Below are positions 19,475-30,536 of a DNA stretch of 64,000 nucleotides, one piece after another. The position numbers and the translations under genes are program-made. Source of the stretch: an uncultured delta proteobacterium (GTDB taxonomy: Bacteria; Desulfobacterota; Binatia; UBA9968); contig CAVWLW010000036.1 of the NCBI GenBank assembly GCA_963755715.1, positions 52,117 to 116,116 on the forward strand. The letters are read 5' to 3'. Below the pieces are notes generated by a model, which was not told the DNA's origin, made no database searches, and saw only the letters and a program-made list of their open reading frames with translations. Position 1 is the stretch's first letter, and each line of letters starts with the position of its first letter.

Positions 19475-19822
19475 ATGAGGATCGTCAGACTTTACACAGG
19501 AGCGGACAACGAATCGCATTTCGAAGACATCGAGATCGAGCTCAATCCGATTGGACACATGCAAGCCTCCGCGTTGCAACCAACGCATGGCATCATGTTT
19601 CGCTCGTCGCCGCCGTCTCATTTAAGCGATTATCATCCCGTGCCGAAACGCCAATATGTCATCACTCTTTCCGGCCAGGTCGAGATCGAAACCGGCGACG
19701 GCACGGTACGTCGTTTCGGTCCGGGCGACGTCATGCTCGCCGAAGACACCACCGGGCGCGGCCATATCACGAGGGTCGTCGGAAATCAGCCGCGTCACTA
19801 CGTTTTCATTCCGCTCAAGTAG
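19475..19822 (+). CDS. Small cupin-domain protein
   Basis: MRIVRLYTGADNESHFED, HPVPKRQYVITLSG, LAEDTTGRGH. Confidence 0.8.
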   Translation: MRIVRLYTGADNESHFEDIEIELNPIGHMQASALQPTHGIMFRSSPPSHLSDYHPVPKRQYVITLSGQVEIETGDGTVRRFGPGDVMLAEDTTGRGHITRVVGNQPRHYVFIPLK

Positions 19823-19852
19823 GAACGACTCATCGATAGACAAAAATCATCC

Positions 19853-21041
19853 GTGCCTGCGCAGCGGGACCGTCTATCCGTTTGCATCATCCCCTGCGCG
19901 AACTTGATGCCGTCCATGATGGTGGCGACACTCGGGATCGCGTCTACCGGAGATCCGCGGCACCTTTTCGCTTTCTGAAGTCGCCGGAGGCAGTCTCTTC
20001 TCCGTCATGATGGTCGTTGCCGCTCTTACGAGCGGCGTTGCCGGCCGGCTTGCCGATCGTATCGGCCGAAAACCCGCGCTCATCACTGGGCTTACCCTTT
20101 TGGCCACGGGCTTCACTCTCGCGGCATTCAGTCAGGATACGCTGTTGTTTTTTTGTTGCCTCGGCATAACGGGCGTCGGCTACGGCTTCACATCGCCCTC
20201 GCTTTACGCCATCATGTCGGATCTGCTACCGCATCGGCGCGGTCTTGGTACTAGCCTCGTTTCCGTAACTTACGGCATCGGCGGGGCCATAGGAGCCGTA
20301 TTGGCAAGTCGTATCGTCGCGGCGTTTGGATGGCGCACGGCGTTTCTTACAGTAGGACTGATCGCCGCCGCGGATATGTTGCTGCAGTTTTATTGGATTC
20401 GAGATCAGCGCCGAAGGCGAGCGGCCGCGCGCTCGGGGCCTATCAAATCCGCGCTTTCCGCATCGACGGCGATTTTAGCGGCCGCCGAATTCATCGGTGG
20501 ATCCGTATTCTGGAGCTCAGCCGCTTGGACTCCAACCGCGTTGCGCGCCGCTAAGGCCCTCAGTCTTCAAGAAACCGGTTGGATCATGGGTGTTTTGAGC
20601 GTGGCTAATATGCTCGGATCGTTTACCCTCGGATCGTTGTCCGACAAATTTGGCCGCAAACGCGTGATCGTCCTGAGTGCCCTTCCAGCCGCAGCGGCGG
20701 CTTTCATGGTGTTCTACTGGCTGGATTCTGCCATGGGTCTCGCGACAGGAATATTTGTTTTCGGATTACTCAAGGCGTCCGTCCCGGCTCTGGTCGTGGC
20801 ACTTGCGCAGGAAACTGCGCCACCCCGCAGTGCCGGCACCGCCGCCGGCGCGATTATGTCGCTGCACTACACGGCGGGCGTACTCGCACCGTTGCTCGCG
20901 GCACAGCTCATTACCGGCACCGGCGATATCCTCGTTGCGATGATTCTCGTCTCGTCAGTGCCGCTTCTACTCTACGCTGCGTTGATTGGCGCCGTGCGCG
21001 AGCGCACCGACGAAGAACCGGTACTGCGGATGCAAAATTGA
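19853..21041 (+). CDS. MFS transporter (frameshift near 19943 hides the N-terminus)
   Basis: Motif A GRLADRIGRK and GSLSDKFGRK; many TM segments; upstream frame from GTG 19853 joins LPEIRGTFSLS. Confidence 0.85.
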
Positions 21042-21060
21042 TTCGGCAGATCGAACGCGG

Positions 21061-21903
21061 TTACAGCCCAAGAATTCGCTCAGCGTTTTGATGAAAAAGT
21101 TTTTCCATCAGATCGTCCGAATACGCCAGCTCTTTCCACTCTTTAAAGATACGGTCGTAAGGAATGCTCGGGTAGTCACTGCCGAACATGATCTTGTCTT
21201 TCAGTCTGCCTTTGATGTCGCGCTTGAGCGCTTCGGGAAAATATTTTGGCGCCCAACCGGATAACTCCCACGAAACGTTGCCCTTGTGCAGCGCCACGGC
21301 AAGCATCTCCTCAGTCCACGGCCAGCCCGGATGCGCCGCGACGATATTTAGATTGGGGAAATCGGCCGCAAGCCGATCGATCGCCGCGGGATGCGCGTGG
21401 CGAATCACTGCGCCCAAACCGCCGGGCATGCCGGCGCCCATGCCCGTCGTGCCAACGTCGATCATCACAGGCACTTTGAGCTCGTTGATAGTCTCCCAAA
21501 GCGGATACAGTTTTCTTTCGTCGACGGAAAAATGGCCCATGATCGGATGGAAGTGAAAACCAAAAAGTTTCAGCTCTTCGATCGCTTTTTTCGCATCCTC
21601 GATCGCCTGCGCGCCTTTTAGCGGATCGACGGCGCCCCAAGCTTGGCGAATCACGCCAGGGTTGTTGTCACGCATCCTCGCGACGTATTCGTTTGTACAG
21701 GGCGGCGCGCCAGTGACGGATTCGATGTCAAACGCGACGAGCATCGCCTCCACGCCGGCTTGCTTGAATTCTTCGATGACCTCCGCTTCGCTCTTCCACG
21801 TCCAAGCGCGATTCCAGTATTTCGCCAACGCTTCGACGTAGGGTCCCTGTGATTTTATCCAGGGCTCGGTGTTGGGATAGCAATGAAGATCGATGATTCG
21901 CAC
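21061..21903 (-). CDS. Amidohydrolase_2 family protein
   Basis: IIDLHCY, FHFHP, AAHPGWPW, IMFGSDYP, NAERIL; GTG start after GGGAG. Confidence 0.88.
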   Translation of the reverse strand: MRIIDLHCYPNTEPWIKSQGPYVEALAKYWNRAWTWKSEAEVIEEFKQAGVEAMLVAFDIESVTGAPPCTNEYVARMRDNNPGVIRQAWGAVDPLKGAQAIEDAKKAIEELKLFGFHFHPIMGHFSVDERKLYPLWETINELKVPVMIDVGTTGMGAGMPGGLGAVIRHAHPAAIDRLAADFPNLNIVAAHPGWPWTEEMLAVALHKGNVSWELSGWAPKYFPEALKRDIKGRLKDKIMFGSDYPSIPYDRIFKEWKELAYSDDLMEKLFHQNAERILGL

Positions 21904-22049
21904 GATTCGAGTTACTCCCAGGATCCGCTTAAATTCAGACAGCGTGTGAGAATAACGTTCGGCGCTCTGAAGTGTCAAGGCACCGATGTCCGCTAGACAA
22001 TCATTTCCGCCTGGAGTAAGTGGGATTTCGGCAGGGAGGTCACAAAATT

Positions 22050-23766
22050 ATGTTCACCCGTCAGTGGTCTACATCGGAGCGGAAATACGAGATCATCGTC
22101 GATCGCGACGTCAAAGTGCGCATGCCGGACGGCACGCATTTAGATGGCGACATCTTTCGGCCTGATTCCGATGAGAAATTTCCCGTCATCCTCGGCGCGC
22201 ATGCGTACAACAAGAATTTACAGTCGCCGCCCATGCTTCCTGTCGGTTTCACGCCGATGCGCGGCTACATGGAAAGCGGCGACTCGACTTTCTTCGCGCG
22301 CCGCGGTTACGTCCACGCGGTTTTCAACGTCCGCGGCTCCGGCAATTCAGAAGGCTTCTATCAATTGATGGGACCGCAGGAAGTGCGCGATATTTGCGAT
22401 TTGATCGAGTGGCTTGCGGCGCAGCCGTGGAGCAACGGTGTGGTCGGAATGTTCGGCGTCTCTTACTTCGCGCGCCTCGCCAAAGCGGTCGCCGCGCTCG
22501 GACCCGAGCCACTCAAGGCGATCTTCGCGCCGTTCGCCGGCACCGACGATTATCGCCATCGCTGCTACCATGGCGGGATTTTGGCGCATGGCTTCATCAG
22601 TCACTGGCGCAACAGCCTGCACAAACCTAACTATCGAAGTCTCTACAAAGAGAAACACGGCGAAGCCGCATACAAAGAAGCGATCGCGCTAGCATTGCGC
22701 GATGAAGAGATCGTGGCTGCAGCCGGGGCTGCGCGAAGCGCTGCAGAACCCCGATGCAGGAACCAACGCGTTGATCGTCGATTTCGTATTGCATCCTTTC
22801 GACGGCCCGTTCTGGCGCGAGCACAGCGCGCAAGATGAAAAAGCGACGATCCCCGCCTACCTCGGCGCTTGCTGGGGTAACTACGGTTTACATCTACCGG
22901 GAGCGTTCTCAGCCTGGAAAAAATGGCGCGGGCCGAAAAAAATGGTGATCGGTCCGGGAGTTTATCTCGACCGTCCGGTGTATCAGTACCAAGACGAATC
23001 GCTGCGCTGGTTCGATTATTGGCTCAAAGGTATAGACACCGGCATTATGGACGAGCCGCCGATCCGCTGCTTCATCGCGCCCACCGGTGAATGGAAAAAT
23101 TTGAGCTGATTGGCCGCCGCCCGAGGCGCGCTGGACGACGTTTTACCTGCACAAGGATGGAATACTCAGCGAGCACGAGCTTTGGCCCGCTGAAGGCTCG
23201 GACTCCTTCGACGAATCGAGCTTCGAGCACGGCGCGCTTACTTATTCGACGCCGCTGCTGGTGGAAAACACCGAAGTGCTCGGTCCGAGCGTCTTGACGC
23301 TTTACGTTTCGACGACCGACACGCGATGCGCTGATGTTTATCACGCTCTTGCTGATCGATCGCGACGGCCGCGAGCACGAGCTCACGCGCGGCTGGCTGC
23401 GCGCCTCGCAGCGCAAGCTGCGCGATGACAGCGAACCTTGGGAGCCGATCCAAGCGCACGAAAAACGCGAGCCTTTGGAACCGGGAAAGATATACGAATT
23501 GAAAATTCCCATCGTGCCGACGGCGCGGTTGTTTCAAGCCGGCGAGCGCATCGCTCTCCGCATCAAGGGCGCCGACGATGAGCCCGCAGTGAATTCATTG
23601 CAAGCCTTAGCGCGCAATCATATCCGCCGTCCGCGGCCCGCTGCGCATCACGATCCACCACGACGAGTCGCACCCGTCGCATCTCGATCTGCCGATCACC
23701 CGCGGCAATATTATCGGGACATTCTTTTCAGGCGGGGATATCAGCTCGTTTGGACTGTCGCACTGA
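22050..23766 (+). CDS. CocE/NonD-family (S15) hydrolase, broken by about four 1-bp frameshifts
   Basis: VRMPDGTHLDGDIFRP, RGYV, RGSGNSEG, GMFGVSYF (GxSY), RWFDYWLKG, TRGWLRAS, HPSHLDLP. Breaks near 22716, 23107, 23326 and 23640. Confidence 0.85.
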
Positions 23767-23921
23767 ATACAGCGATGAGGGATAATTTTAGTCGAAAACC
23801 AGGCACTCACGAATATTGTTCTATAGTTCTGAGTAAGGACTAGCAAATGGCATCAATTTTGTGGTTTGTTGCAAGCCTTTTCGCCGGCGTTCTCACAATG
23901 CGGGGGCTAGGTCGGCCTCGC

Positions 23922-23953
23922 CTGGATTCCCGCTTAAAGCATGCGGGAATGAC
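23922..23953. repeat. CGTC/GTCATT-tagged palindrome (half element)
   Basis: CTGGATTCCCGC TTAAAGCAT GCGGGAATGACG; related to the 38503 and 50621 elements. Confidence 0.65.
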
Positions 23954-24014
23954 GGATAGAACGTATTGTCATTTCCCCTCTTTGAAAAAGAGGGGCGAGG
24001 GGAGATTTTCCTGT

Positions 24015-25112
24015 TCACGCCGCCTTGAACGTCGACGTCACTTCCTGATGCCCGCCGTTCTCTTTGAGTTCTTCTTCGTAATAGAGCCCGAGTGCATTGA
24101 GCACCGGCAAATCCTGAATCGAGAACAACACGGCATCCGCGCTCGCCGATAGATTCGCGTGCTCATGCAAAGCCCAGGGCGGCAGCGCGAAGATATCGCC
24201 TTTGCTCCAATTGAAACGTTGTCCGTCGATGATCGTGAAGCCGGCGCCGTTCACGACGTGGTAAACCGCGCTGCCGGTGTGGCGATGCGCTTTGGTGTGT
24301 TCACCCGGCCGCAGCAGCTGCACCATGCAAGCCATCGTCGGCAGCACCGGCCCGCCGGTTTGCGGATGACGATACTCGAGCAAAACGCCATCGTGCGCGC
24401 TGCCCTCGTGATCGCGGAGCGAATTTAGCGCTTGCCAGGCTTGCTCCCAGGAATAAAGCAGGAGCGGCGAAGATGGCGCTTTCTCTTTCACCCAGGTTGG
24501 CGTGATATGAGCGTGACCATACAGTTGTCTGGAAGCGTTTGGCGGACGCGACACCGGCACTTGCGGGGCAGAATAGAACTGGAAAAACATCGCTTCTAGT
24601 GACGCGATCAGTGGAATATCAAGCCCGTCCATCCAAACGACGCGATCCTTCGTTTCGTTGCCGTGATCGTGCCAAGCCCAACTCGGGGTCAAGATCAGAT
24701 CACCGGGCGCCATGTAGACGCGTTCGCCGTCGACCGCCGTATAGGCGCCGCTACCTTCTATAATAAATCGAATCGCCGTCGGCGTGTGGCGATGCGCGCG
24801 CGCGACTTCGCCCGGCAGGAGGATTTGCACCGCGGCGATCAGATTATTCGTCGTCGCCCAACGGCCGCCGAGTCCGGGATTGAATAGCTGCAATGCCCGC
24901 CGTTCGTCGCCAACGGGAACTGCACGAGCGGACTCTTCGATGATCGATTGCGTCGTCGACCACGGCCACATATGCGGAATCATCTTGGGCTGAGGTTGCG
25001 GCGTCATCTGACTCGCCAGCTCCCATAATCCGTACATGTTGTTAGCGTGCATGCGCTCGTGGAATGCCGCGCGAAAGGCGTCCGCTTCCGATCTGATTTC
25101 CGGTTTAGCCAT
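24015..25112 (-). CDS. Gentisate 1,2-dioxygenase-like bicupin
   Basis: ERRALQLFNPG, QILLPGEVARAHRHTPTAIRF, TPSWAWHDH, WMDGLDIPL, AHRHTGSAVY. Confidence 0.88.
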   Translation of the reverse strand: MAKPEIRSEADAFRAAFHERMHANNMYGLWELASQMTPQPQPKMIPHMWPWSTTQSIIEESARAVPVGDERRALQLFNPGLGGRWATTNNLIAAVQILLPGEVARAHRHTPTAIRFIIEGSGAYTAVDGERVYMAPGDLILTPSWAWHDHGNETKDRVVWMDGLDIPLIASLEAMFFQFYSAPQVPVSRPPNASRQLYGHAHITPTWVKEKAPSSPLLLYSWEQAWQALNSLRDHEGSAHDGVLLEYRHPQTGGPVLPTMACMVQLLRPGEHTKAHRHTGSAVYHVVNGAGFTIIDGQRFNWSKGDIFALPPWALHEHANLSASADAVLFSIQDLPVLNALGLYYEEELKENGGHQEVTSTFKAA

Positions 25113-25167
25113 CACAATCTCCTTAATCATTCAGCCAACTTAACCATGCCAAGGCGTTGCAATTTTT

Positions 25168-25197
25168 AGGTTAGCCGAGCGGCACTTCCGATGTCAA
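25168..25197 (-). promoter_or_regulatory. Putative sigma70 promoter for the dioxygenase
   Basis: TTGACA-N18-TAACCT on the minus strand. Confidence 0.4.
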
Positions 25198-25398
25198 CTG
25201 AGCCTCGACTTCTCTGTGACTTAACGTTTCGCTCCTCCGCTCTGCGAAGCGCGACTCTGCTGTTTTGTCAATGGGAACGTCGGGAATAGCAATTCTATAT
25301 CTCACGGTTTTACCGACACCTTGAACCATAGCCTCGCCACCGTTAAGCTGGCTGTGAGCCGGTTATGATTTTGCCGTATCAAACAACTGACGAGCTCT

Positions 25399-26157
25399 AT
25401 GATTCCCTATCGTGACGAGAATGAGACTCAGCGTCCGGCCATAGTTACGGCAGCGATTATAGCCGTGAACTTTCTGGTTTGGATTGTCGTGCAAGGGGCC
25501 GGCTCGGATTTGGCGGTAGCGAAATCGGTTTGCGAGCTCGGTCTCATTCCCGGTGAGCTGACACTCTCGGTTCCGGCTGGAACCGGCTTCCGGATGGGAG
25601 AAAACCTCGCCTGCTTGACCGATCCCGGCCGCCAAGTCTCACATCTGTTCACTTCCATGTTTCTTCATGGCTCGTGGATGCATCTATTGGGCAACATGTG
25701 GTTTCTGTGGATTTTCGGCAACAACATCGAAGACTCCATGGGACGGCTGCGCTTTATTCTCTTCTATTTGTTGTGCGGATTGGCGGCGGCGATGGGCCAG
25801 GTCCTGACCAGTCCCAATTCGCCAATCCCTATGGTCGGCGCCTCGGGAGCAATAAGCGGCGTCATGGGCGCTTACTTAATGCTTTTTCCGAGGGTCCGTG
25901 TTTACGCGCTGGTCCCGATCATTGTCATCTTCACCTCGGTTGCCATGCCTGCCTGGGTCATGCTCGGTTACTGGTTTCTGATCCAGTTTATCAGCGGGCT
26001 CGCAACTGTCGGCGGCGATGTCGGTGGCGTCGCCTTCTGGGCGCATGTCGGCGGTTTTCTGGCAGGGGTGGTGCTCGTAAAGTTTTTCGTTCGCGAAGAT
26101 TATTTGGAAGCTCACCGAGCGCACAACTGGCGGCCGCGCCGCGTCATGTTCAACTGA
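25399..26157 (+). CDS. Rhomboid intramembrane serine protease
   Basis: TSMFLHGSWMHLLGNM, VGASGA, AFWAHVGG. Confidence 0.93.
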   Translation: MIPYRDENETQRPAIVTAAIIAVNFLVWIVVQGAGSDLAVAKSVCELGLIPGELTLSVPAGTGFRMGENLACLTDPGRQVSHLFTSMFLHGSWMHLLGNMWFLWIFGNNIEDSMGRLRFILFYLLCGLAAAMGQVLTSPNSPIPMVGASGAISGVMGAYLMLFPRVRVYALVPIIVIFTSVAMPAWVMLGYWFLIQFISGLATVGGDVGGVAFWAHVGGFLAGVVLVKFFVREDYLEAHRAHNWRPRRVMFN

Positions 26158-26381
26158 ACGTATCCGCGCAGCGATTCCAATCCTGTGATCAAGTCGAGTG
26201 ACGGCTCACGCACTTAGGTGCTCATTACCAGAGCCGCCGCAGTAGGATGGCCATTGCTAGCCCTGATCTGCGCGGCTTCCTCGGCCGTAAAAAGTAAGTT
26301 GCATTTTCAAAAATCGATGCGCTATTCTACGCCCGCGGCAAATCCAATAGCTCACCGTCGATCCCGTGAAAAGAGAACCCG

Positions 26382-26711
26382 ATGAAAATCATCAAACCCT
26401 TTAGGCTGATCGCGATCTTGCCGATGTTGGCGGCAATTTTTAGCTGCCAAACGGTCACAACGGAATCGATCACGGTCGAAGTTCCGACTGTCGAAACAGC
26501 GCAAGACGAGGCGCTTTCGAAGTCCGTGCGAGATCGCCTGCTAGCGAATAATAAGGCTGATTTCGATAGCGTGAAGATTGTTTCCAGCGCCGGGACCGTC
26601 TACCTGAGCGGCACCGTGCGATCTTTGGAAGCGCGGCAACAAGCAATAAAAATAGCTTGGGACGTGCGCGGCGTGCAAAGCGTGGTGAATCGCCTTGAAG
26701 TGGAAAAATGA
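26382..26711 (+). CDS. BON-domain lipoprotein
   Basis: Lipobox IFSC; GTVYLSGTV...VRGVQSVVNRL. Confidence 0.88.
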   Translation: MKIIKPFRLIAILPMLAAIFSCQTVTTESITVEVPTVETAQDEALSKSVRDRLLANNKADFDSVKIVSSAGTVYLSGTVRSLEARQQAIKIAWDVRGVQSVVNRLEVEK

Positions 26712-26837
26712 GCGTGGGTTGTGGTCTCTAACATCCAAATATTCGGCAAAAATTTGATCTTCCGTTTTAATAGAAGTGTCTCGGTTTGATTTTCGTCGCG
26801 CGGATTTGCATGAGGAATAAAATCTGAGGCGGAGGCA

Positions 26838-27557
26838 ATGCGGATGACATTCACCGTTTTAACATTACTGACGGCGCTAGGTTTACTCATTGAGATCGGG
26901 CTGCCAATCTCCGCCGGAGCTCAAAGCTATAATTGGACGGGCTTCTATGCCGGCGCGCAGGCGGGATTCGCTAAACCGAAGGACTTCGTCAGGTACGGCG
27001 GTTCCAGCACTGGCGCTCCTTTCGATTCCCTCGATCAAACTATTAGCCATAGAGAGAATGGTTTCGCCCCTGGCGGGCAAGCCGGCTACAATCACCAATT
27101 TGGTTGGATTGTTCCCGGCTTGGAGGCCGATCTTGGCTACATGGGATTCAATGGCGGCCGCTTGTCGCCGCCGCAATTCGATCCCCAGCAACAAACCCAC
27201 GCGGTCAGTTCCGGCGGGCTTTTTGGAACCGTAACGGGTCGACTCGGCATCGCGGTTAACCGCGCGTTGTTATATGTAAAAGGCGGCTTCGCCTATGCAA
27301 ACCTCAGACTTGGCGTCACCGACTCGGTTCCGCCACTGACCACCGACGCGACAGAACGCCTGACCTATACGGGCTGGACGATCGGCGGCGGTGTCGAATT
27401 CGCTTTGACTCAAAACTGGCTGATAAAAACTGAATATCAATTCATGGATTTTGGCCGAAAATCGATTTCTGCTGTTGCCAGCGATGGCATTACCGACACT
27501 TGGAAGCATGATCCATCCGCCCACCTGATTAAGCTCGGCATAAACTACAAGTTTTAA
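26838..27557 (+). CDS. Outer-membrane beta-barrel protein (Omp25/RopB-like porin family)
   Basis: NWTGFYAG, GGQAGYNHQ, GWTIGGGVE; C-terminal GINYKF. Confidence 0.88.
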   Translation: MRMTFTVLTLLTALGLLIEIGLPISAGAQSYNWTGFYAGAQAGFAKPKDFVRYGGSSTGAPFDSLDQTISHRENGFAPGGQAGYNHQFGWIVPGLEADLGYMGFNGGRLSPPQFDPQQQTHAVSSGGLFGTVTGRLGIAVNRALLYVKGGFAYANLRLGVTDSVPPLTTDATERLTYTGWTIGGGVEFALTQNWLIKTEYQFMDFGRKSISAVASDGITDTWKHDPSAHLIKLGINYKF

Positions 27558-27720
27558 GATCATTCAATCCGCTAAACCTACGCGACGCGGGGATCTTCTA
27601 TCCTCTTTACCGACGGGCTAGTGAGTTCTTTACTAGAGTCGTATTCGGAAATTTTCTCCGCCATGGGGCAATCTACCTCGCACTCAAGACTGGTGGCCAC
27701 GCCGGATCGCGCGCAAAAGT

Positions 27721-28412
27721 CTATAAAATATTGACCGCGTGCGCGGCCAACAGCGCAATAATCAGCAGCGACAGCAGCGATTGTAACATCATCAAGATTT
27801 TCGCCCAGCGCGCCAAAACCGGCGCGTCGGTCGGCGAAAAGGCCGTGCTGGTGTTAAAGGCAAAGAAATAAATAATCGACGAAATCCGGCGACCAGTCCT
27901 CCTGGCCTGCTGATTTCAGCGCTTCTTCGTTCATCGTCGTTTGTGGGAAAGAGAAAGGCGCCGCAGGCATAACCGCCACTGCTTATCGCGCTGATGCGGT
28001 CCGCCGGCGTCCAGTCGCCAATACCACAATGCGAACACGAGGATGTTGGTAGCCCAAAGCGAAGCGGCCGAGAGCAAGAGTTCCAGAGGCCCTTCTTTGT
28101 GCGTCGGTAGCGCGCCGATCAAGAGTATGACCGAAATAATCAGACCGATGTGAGAACAGCGTCCACAGCAAACCCAAAAATCGCATTCAGCCGATGTTTG
28201 CCAGCGTGATGCGATACGATGGTCGGCACCAGCAGAGCCAGAACCACGGACGGGAACAACCAACGAGGACCCAGCGTAAGCGCATCGGGTAATGCCGTAT
28301 AAAGACCGCCCACTGCGATAACCGCGACAAACGCGGGCCAGCGCGGCTCCGGCTCGTCCAGATCAACGACCTCTGGTACGCCGGTCGGAGTGTCGAGCTC
28401 GTCCTGCGACAT
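27721..28412 (-). CDS. DUF1345-like membrane protein, frameshifted
   Basis: EPRWPA, WATNILVFALWYWRLDAGGP, FAFNTSTAFSPTD, WAKILMMLQS...AVNIL across frames. Confidence 0.7.
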
Positions 28413-28605
28413 GAATTTAATAATGCCTCAGATCTCAACGCTCGGCTAGGGGATTGAAGCTGCGCCCGCTGCTGACACTGGCCGTGTCGTTTCCCGTTAA
28501 TTCGGACCAGTAAGGACGCGGTCAAACATCGGATGATGTTTGTTGACATCGCAGTCCGCGATCGGCTAATGTCCGGTCCGCATAAAGGCGGAAGGAGGAA
28601 ACGTT

Positions 28606-29184
28606 ATGCCGACACAGCGATTTATTGTAAGTCTGTTCGTGGCCGTTGCGGTAATCCTGGGATCCCGGTGCGCGGTCGAGGTCGCAATCGCGGCCGAGCC
28701 TTTCATGTTGACGTCCTCTGCGTTCCAAGATGGCACGCCGCTGCAAAAGAAAAACTCCGGCGACCGCAAGGACAATCCGAACTGCGTCGGCGAGAATGTT
28801 TCGCCACCGTTGAGTTGGTCTAATCCGCCGGCCGGCAGTAAAAGCTTCGCGCTCACGATGGTCGACCCCGAAGGCAGAGGCGGACAAGGCGTAGTTCACT
28901 GGGTTGCATACGGCATTTCAGTATCAGTAACTGGCTTCGCCGAAGGCGAAGTGAGCAAACCATCGGAAAAATACGTCGGAGGCAAGGGCAGCGCCGGCGC
29001 CGGGACCTATCAGGGACCATGCACGCCCCGCGGCGCCCCACACCACTACACGTTCACGCTCATCGCCACCGATCTGGAGCCGACCGACCTGCCGCCCGGG
29101 CTCACTCGAGAAGAGCTCTTCGCGAAACTGACCGGCCACACCAAAGGCGCCACCGGTCTCGTCGGTTTGTTCGGCTCTCCGTGA
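28606..29184 (+). CDS. YbhB/YbcL (PEBP/Raf kinase inhibitor-like) exported protein
   Basis: LTSSAF, NVSPPLSW, MVDPEG, VHWVAY, YQGPC, HHYTFTL. Confidence 0.9.
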   Translation: MPTQRFIVSLFVAVAVILGSRCAVEVAIAAEPFMLTSSAFQDGTPLQKKNSGDRKDNPNCVGENVSPPLSWSNPPAGSKSFALTMVDPEGRGGQGVVHWVAYGISVSVTGFAEGEVSKPSEKYVGGKGSAGAGTYQGPCTPRGAPHHYTFTLIATDLEPTDLPPGLTREELFAKLTGHTKGATGLVGLFGSP

Positions 29185-29275
29185 GAGAAAAGGCACAAGG
29201 CAAGAGGCCTGAGCCGTGAGAAAGAAAAAGACTAACGACAGAAAACATCTACTCCCTTAACTCTTGCCTCAAGCC

Positions 29276-30419
29276 TCATGCCTTGCGCCTATTGGTTCTT
29301 TCCGTCTCCACTCGCGCCATGAATTTCGGCGACAGCTCGCGCAGCCGCTCGTCCGTCATGCGCCCACTGCGCGTCATGTAGTCGTAGGCAAGCTGCCAGG
29401 GCTCTAGATTCATTTTTTCACGCAGGCGTTCATACCAGAAAGAGCTGGCGTTAGCCGCTGCGACGATCTTTTCCACAACCGGTCGCCGTTCTCGTTCGAA
29501 CGCGGCCAACGCATCGGACACATCGTCGCCCGCTTCGGCAAAAGCCCGGTCAAGCGCGATGGCGTCCTCGAAAGCGAGGCGCGTGCCCGAGCCGATGGAA
29601 AAATGCACGGTGCGCGACGCGTCGCCGATCAGCAAGACATTTCCGACATACCATCGGCGCGTCGCAAGCAGCGGAAACTGACGCCAGATCGATTTGTTGG
29701 AGACGAGCGAGTTGCCGCTCAGATCCGCCGCGAATACGCGCTCGCAATAAGTCCGGCTGTCATTCTCCGACATACCGTCCAACCCGGCGCGCCGCCATGT
29801 TGTTTCGTCGCATTCGACCACGAAAGTGCTCATCGTCGGACTATGGCGATAATGGTGCGCGACAAACGACCCGTCGGAATTGGCGCGGAAGGTCAAGGAG
29901 AGACACTCGAACGTTTGCCGGGTGCCATACCAAGCAAAGCGATTGGTGAGCCAGTTCTAACTCGGGTTCGAATTCCGTTTCGAATGCCCGACGGATAAAT
30001 GAAGTTCCACCGTCGGCGCCGACGAGCAAATCGCAGTCACTCACCTCATCGATCGAAGCAATAACGCGGTGATACTCGATCTCCACGCCTGCGGCGGCGC
30101 AGAGTTCTTGCAGAAACTGATTGAGCTCCAGACGGCCGATGGCGGAAAACCCGTTGCCGTCGATCTCCACCTGCTCGTCGCGGTGCACGATGCGCTGCAT
30201 CGGCCAGGACTCCAAGCGAGGAATTAGCAGAGCATGAAAATCTGCCACGTCGCGTTCGAGAAATGCCAGCGCATTGAGCGAAAACACGACGCCAAAACCG
30301 AAAGTAGCATCGGGTGGATTTTGCTCAAAAATATGAACGCGCCACGCCGGAAAGCGCCGTTTGATCAGCAGCGCAAACAACAAGCCGGCCGGCCCGGCGC
30401 CAACGATGTGGATTCGCAC
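29276..30419 (-). CDS. FAD-dependent monooxygenase resembling the salicylyl-CoA 5-hydroxylase N-terminal domain (frameshift near 29955)
   Basis: GAGPAGL, TFGFGVVFS, LVGADG, AWYGT, STFVVEC, LIGDASRTVHFSIGSGTRLAFEDA. Confidence 0.85.
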
Positions 30420-30427
30420 GGGAAGCT

Positions 30428-30510
30428 CACCACGAAGGTCGCGAAGAGCACGAAGTTAAGTAACCCATAATATCGAACCCCTTCGTGTCCTTCGTGCGCT
30501 CCGTGGTGAT
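30428..30510. repeat. Inverted pair of ~9-mer tandem repeats (CACGAAG-type)
   Basis: CACCACGAAGGTCGCGAAGAGCACGAAG...CTTCGTGTCCTTCGTGCGCTCCGTGGTG; relatives at ~42023 and ~63766. Confidence 0.65.
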
Positions 30511-30536
30511 TAGGTTTAATAGCGAACTGCAATCTC

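Noticed and set aside
23107-23109. TGA in CocE as possible selenocysteine
   Set aside because: Homology continues in a different frame, so it is an indel and not a Cys position.
22050-23766. Programmed ribosomal frameshifting in split genes
   Set aside because: No consistent slippery sites; too many unrelated genes are affected.
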